From assembly GCA_947458625.1 (NCBI GenBank), contig CANGZN010000001.1, positions 1-57,829 on the forward strand: a stretch of DNA of 57,829 nucleotides, written 5' to 3'. Positions 49,034 to 57,829 of the stretch are shown here, piece after piece. The notes beneath the pieces were generated by a model. It worked only from the letters and a program-made list of their open reading frames with translations, made no database searches and was not told where the DNA came from. Position 1 is the stretch's first letter. Each line of letters opens with the position of its first letter. This DNA is from Chitinophagaceae bacterium. Its GTDB lineage: Bacteria; Bacteroidota; Bacteroidia; Chitinophagales; Chitinophagaceae. The translations under genes were made by a program, and so were the position numbers.

Positions 49034-50098
49034 TTATACCGGCATCATCCAGCCATGGAGATCGGGGATCCGCCCCTCGCGTATATCCAAGAGCTTATGC
49101 TTGATCGCCGGTGCATATTTCCAACTATCCACATCAAATTGAAGATCTCTACCCCGACAAGCCAATTCTCGGATCAGAGAGATAGTGGCCGCCGTACCCG
49201 TCCCAAAAACTTCTTTTAATCCACCTCGGTCATGCGCCTCGAGAATTTCATCTAAACTGAGAGGGCGCTCCTCAACTTTTAATCCGGCTTCCTTTAAAAG
49301 AGTGATCACCGACTGACGAGTCACTCCATTCAGGATCGTACCCTGCTCCAAGCTCGGCGTGATAGCTGTATTGTCAATGATAAAGAACACATTCATGGTG
49401 CCGCACTCCTGAACATATTTATGCTCCTGCGCATCCATCCACAACACCTGATCATATCCATGCTTACGAGCTTGCGCGGTGGCATACATCGCCGCACCAT
49501 AGTTGCCGGCCGCTTTTGCATACCCTACCCCACCAGGTGATGCCCGTACATACTGCTCTTCCACATGTATACGCATAGGGGCGCTGTAATAAGGGCCTGA
49601 TGGGCTGAGAATGATCATGAACTTATACATCTCCGAAGGACGTACACCGATCAATTCATCCGTTGAGAACATGAAGGGCCTGATATAAAGCGAGTGATCC
49701 CGCAAACTCGGGATCCAGCTCCGATCCATCGATACCAACGTTCTCATACCCTCCATGAAGATTTCCTCAGGGACTGTGGGCATCTGCATACGCTCAGCAG
49801 AGAGATTGAAACGGTAAAAATTATCGAGCGGACGAAAGATCCGTGGATTCCCCTGCTCATCGTTGTAGGCTTTGATCCCTTCGAAGATGGCTTGTCCATA
49901 GTGCAAAGCTGCCACAGAAGGGGCCAAAGAAAGGGGCTGGTAGGGTCGGATCTGTGGAGGCTGCCATTTACCGTCTACATAATCAACCTCCAGCATGTGG
50001 TCTGTGAAATGTTTGCCGAAGGCAATGTTTTCCAAACTCAACTCTCCCAACCGGCTTTGCTCAGCACGGGTAATCAAAATATCCATCGCAGCAGTCAT
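49034..50098 (-). CDS. ilvE: Branched-chain amino acid aminotransferase
   Basis: FTDHM, LHYGQAIFEGIKAY, LYIRPF, AKAAGNY, GTGTAA. Confidence 0.96.
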   Translation of the reverse strand: MTAAMDILITRAEQSRLGELSLENIAFGKHFTDHMLEVDYVDGKWQPPQIRPYQPLSLAPSVAALHYGQAIFEGIKAYNDEQGNPRIFRPLDNFYRFNLSAERMQMPTVPEEIFMEGMRTLVSMDRSWIPSLRDHSLYIRPFMFSTDELIGVRPSEMYKFMIILSPSGPYYSAPMRIHVEEQYVRASPGGVGYAKAAGNYGAAMYATAQARKHGYDQVLWMDAQEHKYVQECGTMNVFFIIDNTAITPSLEQGTILNGVTRQSVITLLKEAGLKVEERPLSLDEILEAHDRGGLKEVFGTGTAATISLIRELACRGRDLQFDVDSWKYAPAIKHKLLDIREGRIPDLHGWMMPV

Positions 50099-50165
50099 AT
50101 TGCACTACATTTGAGACGCAAATAAACAAAAAAAACGAACACCCATTCGTATCTTTTGCAACACC

Positions 50166-50660
50166 ATGTCGATCAATGAAATAACACTAGACCCTGCCCA
50201 ATTGCCCGACTGGTATGGGAGCCAATTGGTTTCGACAACGCGGGTATCGGTGCCCACTGTTCAAAAGCCAAAACCCACTCTACTGGGGAACTTTGAAAAA
50301 AGAATACTCATCCTGGTGGATGCTCCCGGTCATGCTTTTATACCGGATAATGACTTGAATTTACTGACGGGGATTTTATCAGCCTGTAAACTTAGTATGG
50401 CGGATATCGGGATCCTAAACCTCCAAACGGATCCGGAATGGTCGGCCGGTTTTTTAGCAGAAACCCTTGAACCATCTGCCTGGTGGTTGTTCGGCACACA
50501 TAGTTTGATATTGGGACCGGAAAATATCGGGCAGGCCGGACTCATTTCCACCTTGCAGGGCTCACCGGTATTCGCTGCCCCGGCCCTCAATCTGTTAGCC
50601 GAGCGTCCTGAGGCAAAACGAAGTTTGTGGGGCGCACTTAAAAATCAATACGGTGTATAG
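50166..50660 (+). CDS. Hypothetical protein (possibly DNA polymerase III psi-like)
   Basis: 164-aa ORF heading the rdgB operon; LLTGILSACKLSMADI...KRSLWGALK pattern; family guess is tentative. Confidence 0.6.
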   Translation: MSINEITLDPAQLPDWYGSQLVSTTRVSVPTVQKPKPTLLGNFEKRILILVDAPGHAFIPDNDLNLLTGILSACKLSMADIGILNLQTDPEWSAGFLAETLEPSAWWLFGTHSLILGPENIGQAGLISTLQGSPVFAAPALNLLAERPEAKRSLWGALKNQYGV

Positions 50661-50668
50661 TGATCTAT

Positions 50669-51259
50669 ATGGAAGTTCTATTTGCTACAAACAACCAACA
50701 CAAAGTAGAGGAAATACAGTCTCTTCTGCCCGCCAATATCCACTTGATCACGCTCAAAGAAGCCGGGATCGTAGAAGATATTCCAGAACCGTTTGAGACG
50801 CTGGAGGACAATGCCCGTGCGAAGATCCGGTACATTTTAGACCGATGCAGTGTCTCTGCCGGTTTCAGCGAGGACAGTGGCCTTTTCATATCGGCCTTAC
50901 AAGGCAGACCGGGAGTACACAGTGCACATTATGCCGGCCCTCATCGATCAGACAAGGATAACATCCAAAAAGTACTCACAGAAATGAAGACGACCCCCGA
51001 TCGGGATGCTTTTTTCCAAACAACGATCTGCCTGATCTGGGATAATAAAGAATATATGTTCACCGGCATTTGCCCCGGACAAATCACAAGCAAACCCTCC
51101 GGTGATCAGGGATTTGGCTATGATCCGATCTTTATCCCCCAAGGAAAAGCTATCACTTTTGCTGAAATGAACCTGTCTGAAAAGAACCAGGTCAGTCACC
51201 GGAAAAAAGCCGTACTGCAACTGATCGACTTTTTGCATCAAGCAAAAAAATCAGGATGA
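50669..51259 (+). CDS. rdgB: RdgB/HAM1 non-canonical purine NTP pyrophosphatase
   Basis: FATNNQHKVEE, EDSGL, PGVHSA, GFGYDPIF, KNQVSHR. Confidence 0.95.
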   Translation: MEVLFATNNQHKVEEIQSLLPANIHLITLKEAGIVEDIPEPFETLEDNARAKIRYILDRCSVSAGFSEDSGLFISALQGRPGVHSAHYAGPHRSDKDNIQKVLTEMKTTPDRDAFFQTTICLIWDNKEYMFTGICPGQITSKPSGDQGFGYDPIFIPQGKAITFAEMNLSEKNQVSHRKKAVLQLIDFLHQAKKSG

Positions 51260-51801
51260 TGGAAAGCAACCCTCCGGTTCCATTAAGCGACTTGTTAGAT
51301 GGCTGCCTGCATAACGATCGTCGTTCGCAAGAACAACTATATCAATGGCTGTCACCCAGATTGTATGCAGTTTGTCTTCGATATGCAGCTGACCGAGAGG
51401 CTGCGGAGGATATTCTGCAAGAGGGGTTCATCAAGCTCTTTCAAAAACTTTCCAGCTTCCGAGGAGAAGGCTCCTTTGAAGGCTGGGCGAGACGGATCAT
51501 GGTGAACACCGCCATCGAGCATTTTCGTCGGATCAAACCACTACTCTCCCTGGAGGATACTCCGGCTTCGAAAGAACCCAGCCTACAGGAGACCGGTCTA
51601 ACAAATTTGGAGGCAAAAGAACTGAACGAACTGATCCGACAATTACCGGTCGGGTACCGAACCGTTTTTAATCTTTATGCCGTAGAAGGATATAACCATG
51701 CCGAGATCGCCCATCAATTGGGCATCAGTGAGGGAACCAGTAAATCTCAATATGCCCGAGCAAAAAAATGGCTTCAAGAACGATTGAAAACTATTCAATG
51801 A
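51256..51801 (+). CDS. ECF-type RNA polymerase sigma-70 factor
   Basis: AEDILQEGFIK, SFEGWARRIMVN, LPVGYRTVFNLYAVEGYNHAEIA, GTSKSQ. Confidence 0.93.
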   Translation: MMESNPPVPLSDLLDGCLHNDRRSQEQLYQWLSPRLYAVCLRYAADREAAEDILQEGFIKLFQKLSSFRGEGSFEGWARRIMVNTAIEHFRRIKPLLSLEDTPASKEPSLQETGLTNLEAKELNELIRQLPVGYRTVFNLYAVEGYNHAEIAHQLGISEGTSKSQYARAKKWLQERLKTIQ

Positions 51802-52445
51802 GCAACATGAAAAATGACTTCCAGCATACATTATTTTATTGGGAAGAAGTTCCGGACAGTCGTTGCTGGCAAAACATCCGGGAGGAATTGGACCGCCTCC
51901 AATTCAGTCAGCGCGTATTGAGCTATGAGGAAAAGCCCGAGGCAACAATCATTCGAAAAATCAATGACAGACCCGGGAAAACTAGAAATATTTTGAAGGC
52001 CTCATTGGTGGCAGCCTCCATCCTGCTATTGACAATTTGGCTGGTGGACAGAAACGTGATCGAACCTGCCTCAGACATATCCAGGAGCCATGCATCCATT
52101 CCACCGATCGCACAAAGTCCATTAAATCTGAAATCCGAAACCGCTACACCGGAATCAAATTCAATAGAAGTCACTGACCTTGTAAACACACCGCTCGTCT
52201 CCCCCCATTTCGCAAAATCAACAGTTGAAAAAAGTGAATATGTATGGGTAGCGGATGAACATGGGTCGCCCATTCGGATGCCCATTCGCTGGGAGTCGCT
52301 ATCCTGTTGCCTGAGTGGTGAAATGGAAACAACCGATTGTAACCTGCAGCGTGAGCAATGGCATTCAGAGTTGCTGGAAACAGGACTGGGGTTTCAGGCC
52401 GATCCATTTCTCGGTCTGGTAGCCCTGCTCGATTTTCCGGAATAA
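51798..52445 (+). CDS. Putative anti-sigma factor (single TM, Cys-containing C-terminal domain)
   Basis: ATGA overlap with the ECF stop; EEVPDSRCWQNI N-terminus; TM segment LVAASILLLTIWLV. Confidence 0.7.
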   Translation: MSNMKNDFQHTLFYWEEVPDSRCWQNIREELDRLQFSQRVLSYEEKPEATIIRKINDRPGKTRNILKASLVAASILLLTIWLVDRNVIEPASDISRSHASIPPIAQSPLNLKSETATPESNSIEVTDLVNTPLVSPHFAKSTVEKSEYVWVADEHGSPIRMPIRWESLSCCLSGEMETTDCNLQREQWHSELLETGLGFQADPFLGLVALLDFPE

Positions 52446-52473
52446 TCCCTGAACTTCCCACAAATCTGTAGAT

Positions 52474-52911
52474 ATGAACACCTGGAAGCTGACATTTCCG
52501 GACACGGCCCTTTTTGAATGCGTCTTACACATCCGGGTGAGCGACCTGAACTATGGAAATCACTTGGGAAATGATCGGATCGTTGGACTCTTGCATGAAG
52601 CTCGCATGCAGTTTTTGAGAACATTCGGTTATACGGAAATGAATATCGAGGGCGCAGGTCTGATCCTTCGTGATTTATCGGTCGAGTTGAAAAAAGAGAT
52701 GTTTTATGGTGATCGGTTACGAATCGAGATCGCCGTACCGGAGTGGTCAGCTACCGGATTTCGTATGGTATACCGTGTTTGGAGAACGGAGGAAACCGAG
52801 GAAGTGGTCACCGCACTGGCACACACGACCCTTATCTGTTTTGACTACAATAGTAAAAAGCCGATTCGAGTACCGGAAAATTTATTGGCACATCGATTTC
52901 AATCCACTTGA
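52474..52911 (+). CDS. Thioesterase (4HBT/YbgC hot-dog family)
   Basis: IRVSDLNYGNHLGN...HEAR, CFDY. Confidence 0.88.
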   Translation: MNTWKLTFPDTALFECVLHIRVSDLNYGNHLGNDRIVGLLHEARMQFLRTFGYTEMNIEGAGLILRDLSVELKKEMFYGDRLRIEIAVPEWSATGFRMVYRVWRTEETEEVVTALAHTTLICFDYNSKKPIRVPENLLAHRFQST

Positions 52912-53643
52912 TCAGCGGTTCCAGATTTCCCAGGCTGCTTCGGCTTGTAATACCAGCATATCCAATCCGTTCATAACGATCGCCCCACGCGCCTCCCCTT
53001 TTTGCAGAAACATCGTTCGGGCCGGATTATAAACCAAATCGTATAATAAGTGATCGGTGCTAATTCCTTCATATGGAATCAGCGGAAACTCTTCCACTTT
53101 TGGAAACGTACCCAATGGGGTGGTATTAATGATCAACGAATGATCTGCAATGATCGATGTTGTCAACTCACTGAACAGCAGTTGTTCGGGCCTATTTCGA
53201 GTCCTGACAACCGACTTAGAGGAAATCTGCATTTCCTGCAATGCAAACCGAACCGCTTCAGCGGCACCGCCATATCCGAGAATCAGTGCCTGTTTATGAT
53301 GCGCCTGAAGGAGAGGCTGTAGGCTCTCTCTGAAACCGATCACATCGGTATTGTATCCGACCAACCGGCCAGATTCGATGTGTATGCAATTACAAGCTTG
53401 CAACCCGTTCGGTGTTCGCAGTTCATCCAAAAAAGGAATGATGCTCTTCTTGTAGGGAATGGTGACGTTGAGGCCCACCAATCCGTCGATGGAGCGCACC
53501 CAAGTCGAAAAATCATTCAGATCAGGTCTGGGGAAGAGTCGATATTCATGATCGGTCAACCCTAATTCATCGAACTTTTTCCCAAAGTAGTTGCCCGAAA
53601 ATGAATGCGTAAGTGGATAACCGATGAGCCCGAAGACCCGCAT
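52912..53643 (-). CDS. aroE: Shikimate dehydrogenase
   Basis: GLIGYPLTHSFS, NVTIPYK, GYNTD, INTTPLG, DLVYNP, MLVLQA. Confidence 0.95.
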   Translation of the reverse strand: MRVFGLIGYPLTHSFSGNYFGKKFDELGLTDHEYRLFPRPDLNDFSTWVRSIDGLVGLNVTIPYKKSIIPFLDELRTPNGLQACNCIHIESGRLVGYNTDVIGFRESLQPLLQAHHKQALILGYGGAAEAVRFALQEMQISSKSVVRTRNRPEQLLFSELTTSIIADHSLIINTTPLGTFPKVEEFPLIPYEGISTDHLLYDLVYNPARTMFLQKGEARGAIVMNGLDMLVLQAEAAWEIWNR

Positions 53644-54413
53644 CAGGACTCTTTTTTATCTAGGAAGAAATCGAAGGTATCGCCACGAAGACCGATACGC
53701 ATCGCTTCTAGCGGAATGACTTCAGTTGGAGCAATATTTCCCAGGTTCACATTACAACCGAGCAATTCGATGAAATATAATTGCTGTGCCTTTTGAGGAG
53801 CTTCCCAAAGAATCCGTTCGCCAGGAATCTGGGTGAGGATCTCTTGCACCAGTCCCTCCCGCACTTCACCACTACCCCGATAGATGCCGACATTACCTGC
53901 CTCTCTGGCTTCCGCGATCACATAAGTAGAACCCGCTGAGAGTTCAGCCCGCATAAGTTCGATCCATTTGTAGGGCGGGATGATATGAGCGGCGTCTTTA
54001 CTACCAACTTCGCTCAGCACGGTTCCATGTTTGATCAGCTTTTCGATGTAGCCACATTTTTCCGCGTGCGGGATGGTGATCGAACCATCACTTACTTCCA
54101 TGAAGTTGATATCATAGTCCTTACACACACTGATGTAATCTTCGAATTGATTTCGAATCAGGAAAGCCTCGAACAAAGTACCTCCGAAATAAACAGGTAC
54201 ATCATGGCTACGGTATAGATCCAGTTTTTTGCGGAGATCAGGCGTAACATAGGAAGTTCCGAAACCGAGCTTTACGATATCTACATGAGGAAGTGACACG
54301 CTTAGAAAATTACGAGCTTCTTCCAGACTCAGCCCTTTATCCATGACCATGGTGATACCGGACTGACGTGGCTTTACGTGCCTGTCGGGCATCTGTGTTA
54401 AATTAAAATTCAT
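53643..54413 (-). CDS. comA: Phosphosulfolactate synthase (ComA family)
   Basis: KPR..GITMVMDKG, VKLGFGTS, GGTLFE, SEVGSK, IAEARE, WEAP...Q, NLGNI, GLRGDT. Confidence 0.88.
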   Translation of the reverse strand: MNFNLTQMPDRHVKPRQSGITMVMDKGLSLEEARNFLSVSLPHVDIVKLGFGTSYVTPDLRKKLDLYRSHDVPVYFGGTLFEAFLIRNQFEDYISVCKDYDINFMEVSDGSITIPHAEKCGYIEKLIKHGTVLSEVGSKDAAHIIPPYKWIELMRAELSAGSTYVIAEAREAGNVGIYRGSGEVREGLVQEILTQIPGERILWEAPQKAQQLYFIELLGCNVNLGNIAPTEVIPLEAMRIGLRGDTFDFFLDKKES

Positions 54414-54459
54414 TGGTTTCTGTTTGGAGGCCCGAAATTATGAAACATCGGCCATCTTA

Positions 54460-55875
54460 TCAGGAACGACGGCGCTTATACTTCGCTATCAGGTCAACCA
54501 ATGTGCGATGCTGCAAGGCTTCCGGGTACACTTCCATGAAACGCTTGAGCAGATTTGGAGATGTTGTAATGGCCAACTCCAATAAGGTTAGGCCTTCTGT
54601 CTGCTCCGATAATGCAAAGCAGGCTGCCGCCTGATAGTACATAAAAAGAGTCTTGCCTCCGGTAAAACCTAATGCTCTTACGGATTGCTTATACGCCTCT
54701 TGATATTCGCCGGCATCGAACAAACATTTGATCAAAGCTTCCCATCCGGCTGCCGTCTTGGGCCGCAAACGAACAACCAATGCCAGGTGGTCGATGGCCT
54801 GTTGCCATTGCCGGAGACGGGCATGACAGGCTCCGGCTAGTTTATTATAGTCAGGATGACGAGGAAATCGTTTCAAGGCATTTTCTACCTGTTGAATAGC
54901 CTTTTCCCATTGGCCTTCTGCCTGATACGTGACGGCTATTTTGTAGTGCAATAGGCTATCATCTGGTCGCAGGTGAACCGCTTTGCGGTACTGACTTCGG
55001 GCCTGTGCAGGTTGTTTCAATCGCTCATAGCAATACCCCATGGCTTCGAAAATGACATCTTCCGGCTTGGTCAGTTCTGTAACTCTTTCCAATGCCTCAA
55101 GTGCTTCTCGAAAGCGTCTCAGTCGAATCAGTGCGTCGCCCATGTTCCGGTAGGCATAGTCGAATTTTTCCTCGATCACAATGGCATATTGATAGGCGTC
55201 TATGGCCTTCTCATACAGTTTCAGTCCCTGATAGGCAGCCCCCAGATTGAACCAGGCCAATTCACAGTAGGGATGTTCATTGATGATCTCTGTGTGCAGC
55301 TGGATGCTTTCTTCGTTATGACCGGTAAAATCCGTCCAAAAGCAAATTTTATAGAGGGCCTCTTCATTCGTGGGTTCCGTGCGCAATACATCCCGAATGC
55401 ACTCGAATACATGCTCATATTCTTCGTAGTCATCGAACACATCGGCCATTTCAAATAACAGTTCCAACCGCTCTTCACCCTCGAACAAGGAGAGTGCTTC
55501 GTCGCGCAAGGCAAGTGCTTGCTTGGGTTTGCCAAGGGCCAAGCAGATCTCCAACTGTAAAATGTAAAGGTTAATGTCTCGCGTATCCAACACAGACGCC
55601 TCCTCCAAAACCTTATCCGCCTCTCTGAATTTTCGCAGCTGAATAAGCACATCCGCCAACTTGATCTTCAGCATGGCTGAGTAGGGATGACGATCGACAG
55701 CGAATCGGGCAGCTTCCAGGGCTTGAGGAAGCTCTTCTTTGTCCTGGAAATACAGGATGATCCGCTCAAAGGAATCTTCCTCCAAGTAACCCCCGCCCCC
55801 ACCCCGACGAAGTTGTTCGTACAGCGCGATCAGCTCGTCGAGATTCTCTTTATCCTCTGAAAACTGCTCCCTCAT
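54460..55875 (-). CDS. Tetratricopeptide-repeat protein
   Basis: Multiple TPR units (AWFNLGAAY...AIDAY, AYRNMGDA); start trimmed to 55875. Confidence 0.88.
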   Translation of the reverse strand: MREQFSEDKENLDELIALYEQLRRGGGGGYLEEDSFERIILYFQDKEELPQALEAARFAVDRHPYSAMLKIKLADVLIQLRKFREADKVLEEASVLDTRDINLYILQLEICLALGKPKQALALRDEALSLFEGEERLELLFEMADVFDDYEEYEHVFECIRDVLRTEPTNEEALYKICFWTDFTGHNEESIQLHTEIINEHPYCELAWFNLGAAYQGLKLYEKAIDAYQYAIVIEEKFDYAYRNMGDALIRLRRFREALEALERVTELTKPEDVIFEAMGYCYERLKQPAQARSQYRKAVHLRPDDSLLHYKIAVTYQAEGQWEKAIQQVENALKRFPRHPDYNKLAGACHARLRQWQQAIDHLALVVRLRPKTAAGWEALIKCLFDAGEYQEAYKQSVRALGFTGGKTLFMYYQAAACFALSEQTEGLTLLELAITTSPNLLKRFMEVYPEALQHRTLVDLIAKYKRRRS

Positions 55876-56041
55876 ATTCACATTTAAATTGCTGAATTTC
55901 AACCGATCGACAGAATAGAAATATCCCCAGCCGGGGAAAACACAGCCTCAATCGGACAAAATTCCCGGTTTTTGGTCAGATCCTTACCTGTTACAGGCTG
56001 AAATTTGGAGCGGATTCAATTTTTAGCTATACTTTTGCAAC

Positions 56042-56389
56042 ATGCGGACGCGCACGCTGATATATACCATCACCTTGTCACTGACCTTGTTCAGTGGCCT
56101 TTATGCCTATGCTACCTTGGGTGAAGGTCGTCGCAAAGCCGCGAAGAAAAAAGGTGTTGTGCGTTTATCCAATCGCACCGATAATGCCCCCGGCACATTC
56201 TCTCTCCGTTCAGGATACCTCTATCGTGGAAGTTCTGTATTGCGCGTTGAAGACAAAAGCACCATTCGCATCAATACTGTTGTCTCTTTGCAGAAAGGGA
56301 ATAACGTGTATTCCATGCCCTTGAAAAAAGAAGTACTGCTTAACAAAGTCAAAGTAAGCATCGGCAATCAGTCACTTCGTCGCAACTAG
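56042..56389 (+). CDS. Small basic exported hypothetical protein
   Basis: Signal-like N-terminus; K/R-rich; TACTTTTG 4 nt before the ATG. Confidence 0.7.
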   Translation: MRTRTLIYTITLSLTLFSGLYAYATLGEGRRKAAKKKGVVRLSNRTDNAPGTFSLRSGYLYRGSSVLRVEDKSTIRINTVVSLQKGNNVYSMPLKKEVLLNKVKVSIGNQSLRRN

Positions 56390-56396
56390 GATTTTC

Positions 56397-57071
56397 TCAC
56401 TGTTTTCCACCCTTACTTTCTTCGTACGTCATTACTCTGTACCCGCTTTCAGGCAAATCAAATATCGTTTGAGGAACTGGGTCAAAATCAATCCGGGTGG
56501 CCTGATAGATCAATTCATTTTTACCTACCACTGCATGGTACTCCAATGCCAGACCCGGTAAATTCCTATTGAGGTATTGAAATTCATGATTCACCGGTTG
56601 CAGCGCCCGGGTAAAATAAACCACATAAGAATTACCACTCCCCCAAGTTCCGATCGCTTCCTCACAGGTATAACCCAGGATCTTTTTAATGACGCCTGTG
56701 TATTGGTATCGTACACTGTCATAGGCACGATTGGACCCTTTCCATTCAGCTGGTGTCATATTGATCAGGTAACGCTGTTCGCCGTATTCTTTGATAACAG
56801 TGGCAATTCCCGTCTTGGCATCCACGATTGTAGATTGCCTGCCCAGCGAACTGACGAGATCAGAGCGGCTCATATTCCCCTTGAGATAAACGGTATTGAT
56901 GGCCCCATCCATCAAATCGGCCGCCTTTGGCTCGGTGTTAGTTGTCCGTATGGCAACAGAGTATATGATCGTGGCTTCCGAAAGTCTACGGGAAGACTGA
57001 TTCGTAATGGGTTGTGCCAGCGCCCCAGCCGTGAGTACAGAACAACAAATAACCGTAAAGAATTTGCGCAT
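56397..57071 (-). CDS. Exported protein, GLPGLI/DUF4412-like
   Basis: Signal peptide; KKILGYTCEEA, LPGLALEY, FDLPESGY; start trimmed to MRKFF at 57071. Confidence 0.7.
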   Translation of the reverse strand: MRKFFTVICCSVLTAGALAQPITNQSSRRLSEATIIYSVAIRTTNTEPKAADLMDGAINTVYLKGNMSRSDLVSSLGRQSTIVDAKTGIATVIKEYGEQRYLINMTPAEWKGSNRAYDSVRYQYTGVIKKILGYTCEEAIGTWGSGNSYVVYFTRALQPVNHEFQYLNRNLPGLALEYHAVVGKNELIYQATRIDFDPVPQTIFDLPESGYRVMTYEESKGGKQ

Positions 57072-57121
57072 GTGAAGCCATTCAGAGATCAGATGCGGAA
57101 ACCATTTGACAGGTTGCATGA

Positions 57122-57829
57122 TCACTTGCCAAGTTTGTTTTTACGGTCGCTGAGCTGCTTTTGCTGATCCTGCATCTGCTCCAAACGTTCTTGCCATTTT
57201 GTTTTGGTCTTTGGCTTCTTCCGATTCTCTTCGATCTTGGCGAGGATCTTGTCATGATCGATGATGTACTGCTGGATGATGAATTGCAAGCCGAGGGTAA
57301 CCAAGTTGGAGACCGTGTAGTACCAAGTAAGACCAGCAGGTAATTGATTGAAAAAGAATAGCAGGAATACCGGGAAAATGTAAGGCATGTACTTCAGCAT
57401 GGGATTATCCTGCTCTGGTGTCATACTCATGCTATACCAGGCGATCAGAAAGCTGGTCAGTGCTGCCAGTACGTTGAATAAACTCAGGTGTCCGCCCAGC
57501 AAGGGTATGGAAAACCCAAACTGAATGGGCGCATCGTAGGTCGACAGATCATGTGCCCATAGAAAAGAAGCCCCTCGCAGGGTTACTTCGGAGTTGAAGA
57601 AACTGAAAAGCGCAAAGAAGATGGGGATCTGTAGCAAGGCCGGAATACAACCTCCCAGCGGATTAACACCTGCCTCCCGAAAAAGCTTCATCTGCTCCAT
57701 GCTCATGGCCTGACGGTCTTCCCCGAATTTCTCTTTTAGCTTGGCGATCTCGGGACGAAGTGCTTTCATTTTTGCACCGCTCAGATAACTGGAGTAGGTA
57801 AGCGGAGAGATCAACAGGCGGATGAACAG
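57122..57829 (-). CDS. yidC: Membrane protein insertase YidC, 3' part (runs off the window end)
   Basis: GVNPLGGCIPALLQIPIF, SFLWAHDLS, PAGLTWYYTVSN. Confidence 0.96.
   Translation of the reverse strand: MFIRLLISPLTYSSYLSGAKMKALRPEIAKLKEKFGEDRQAMSMEQMKLFREAGVNPLGGCIPALLQIPIFFALFSFFNSEVTLRGASFLWAHDLSTYDAPIQFGFSIPLLGGHLSLFNVLAALTSFLIAWYSMSMTPEQDNPMLKYMPYIFPVFLLFFFNQLPAGLTWYYTVSNLVTLGLQFIIQQYIIDHDKILAKIEENRKKPKTKTKWQERLEQMQDQQKQLSDRKNKLGK

Noticed and set aside
53643-54413. Coenzyme M biosynthesis or methanogen-derived island
   Set aside because: comA is alone among typical Bacteroidota housekeeping genes, with no obvious compositional break

Overview
This is an ordinary-looking core-chromosome segment of a Bacteroidota bacterium, most consistent with Chitinophagaceae. 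That call rests on TAnnTTTG -7 promoters, no obvious Shine-Dalgarno sites, a T9SS type-B cargo/PorP pair and typical gene content. It holds about 50 CDSs: 5' fusA, OmpA/TSP3, ddpX, an aro cluster, a DEAD-box helicase, two ECF sigma modules, lipB, rluD, def, ruvX, mutS, mgtE, glmS, der, era, ddl, an HtrA protease, ispH, a glgP-like gene, icd, rpsG/rpsL, ilvE, rdgB, aroE, comA and 3' yidC. It also has an initiator tRNA-fMet, a TPP riboswitch before a TonB-dependent receptor and several intrinsic terminators. I saw no mobile element, CRISPR array or defence island. Best leads: (1) a short GT35 phosphorylase whose PLP-binding Lys is replaced by Thr; (2) a 58-aa repeat lipoprotein with five DTT glycosylation motifs and a C-terminal KK, divergent from an ECF sigma plus an anti-sigma-like/trypsin-protease fusion; (3) fusA split ~44 kb from rpsL-rpsG; (4) several apparently leaderless transcripts, including the initiator tRNA; (5) a DUF4954-like beta-helix gene coupled to glmS; (6) comA coupled to aroE. 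All family assignments come from reading motifs by eye; no database search was run.
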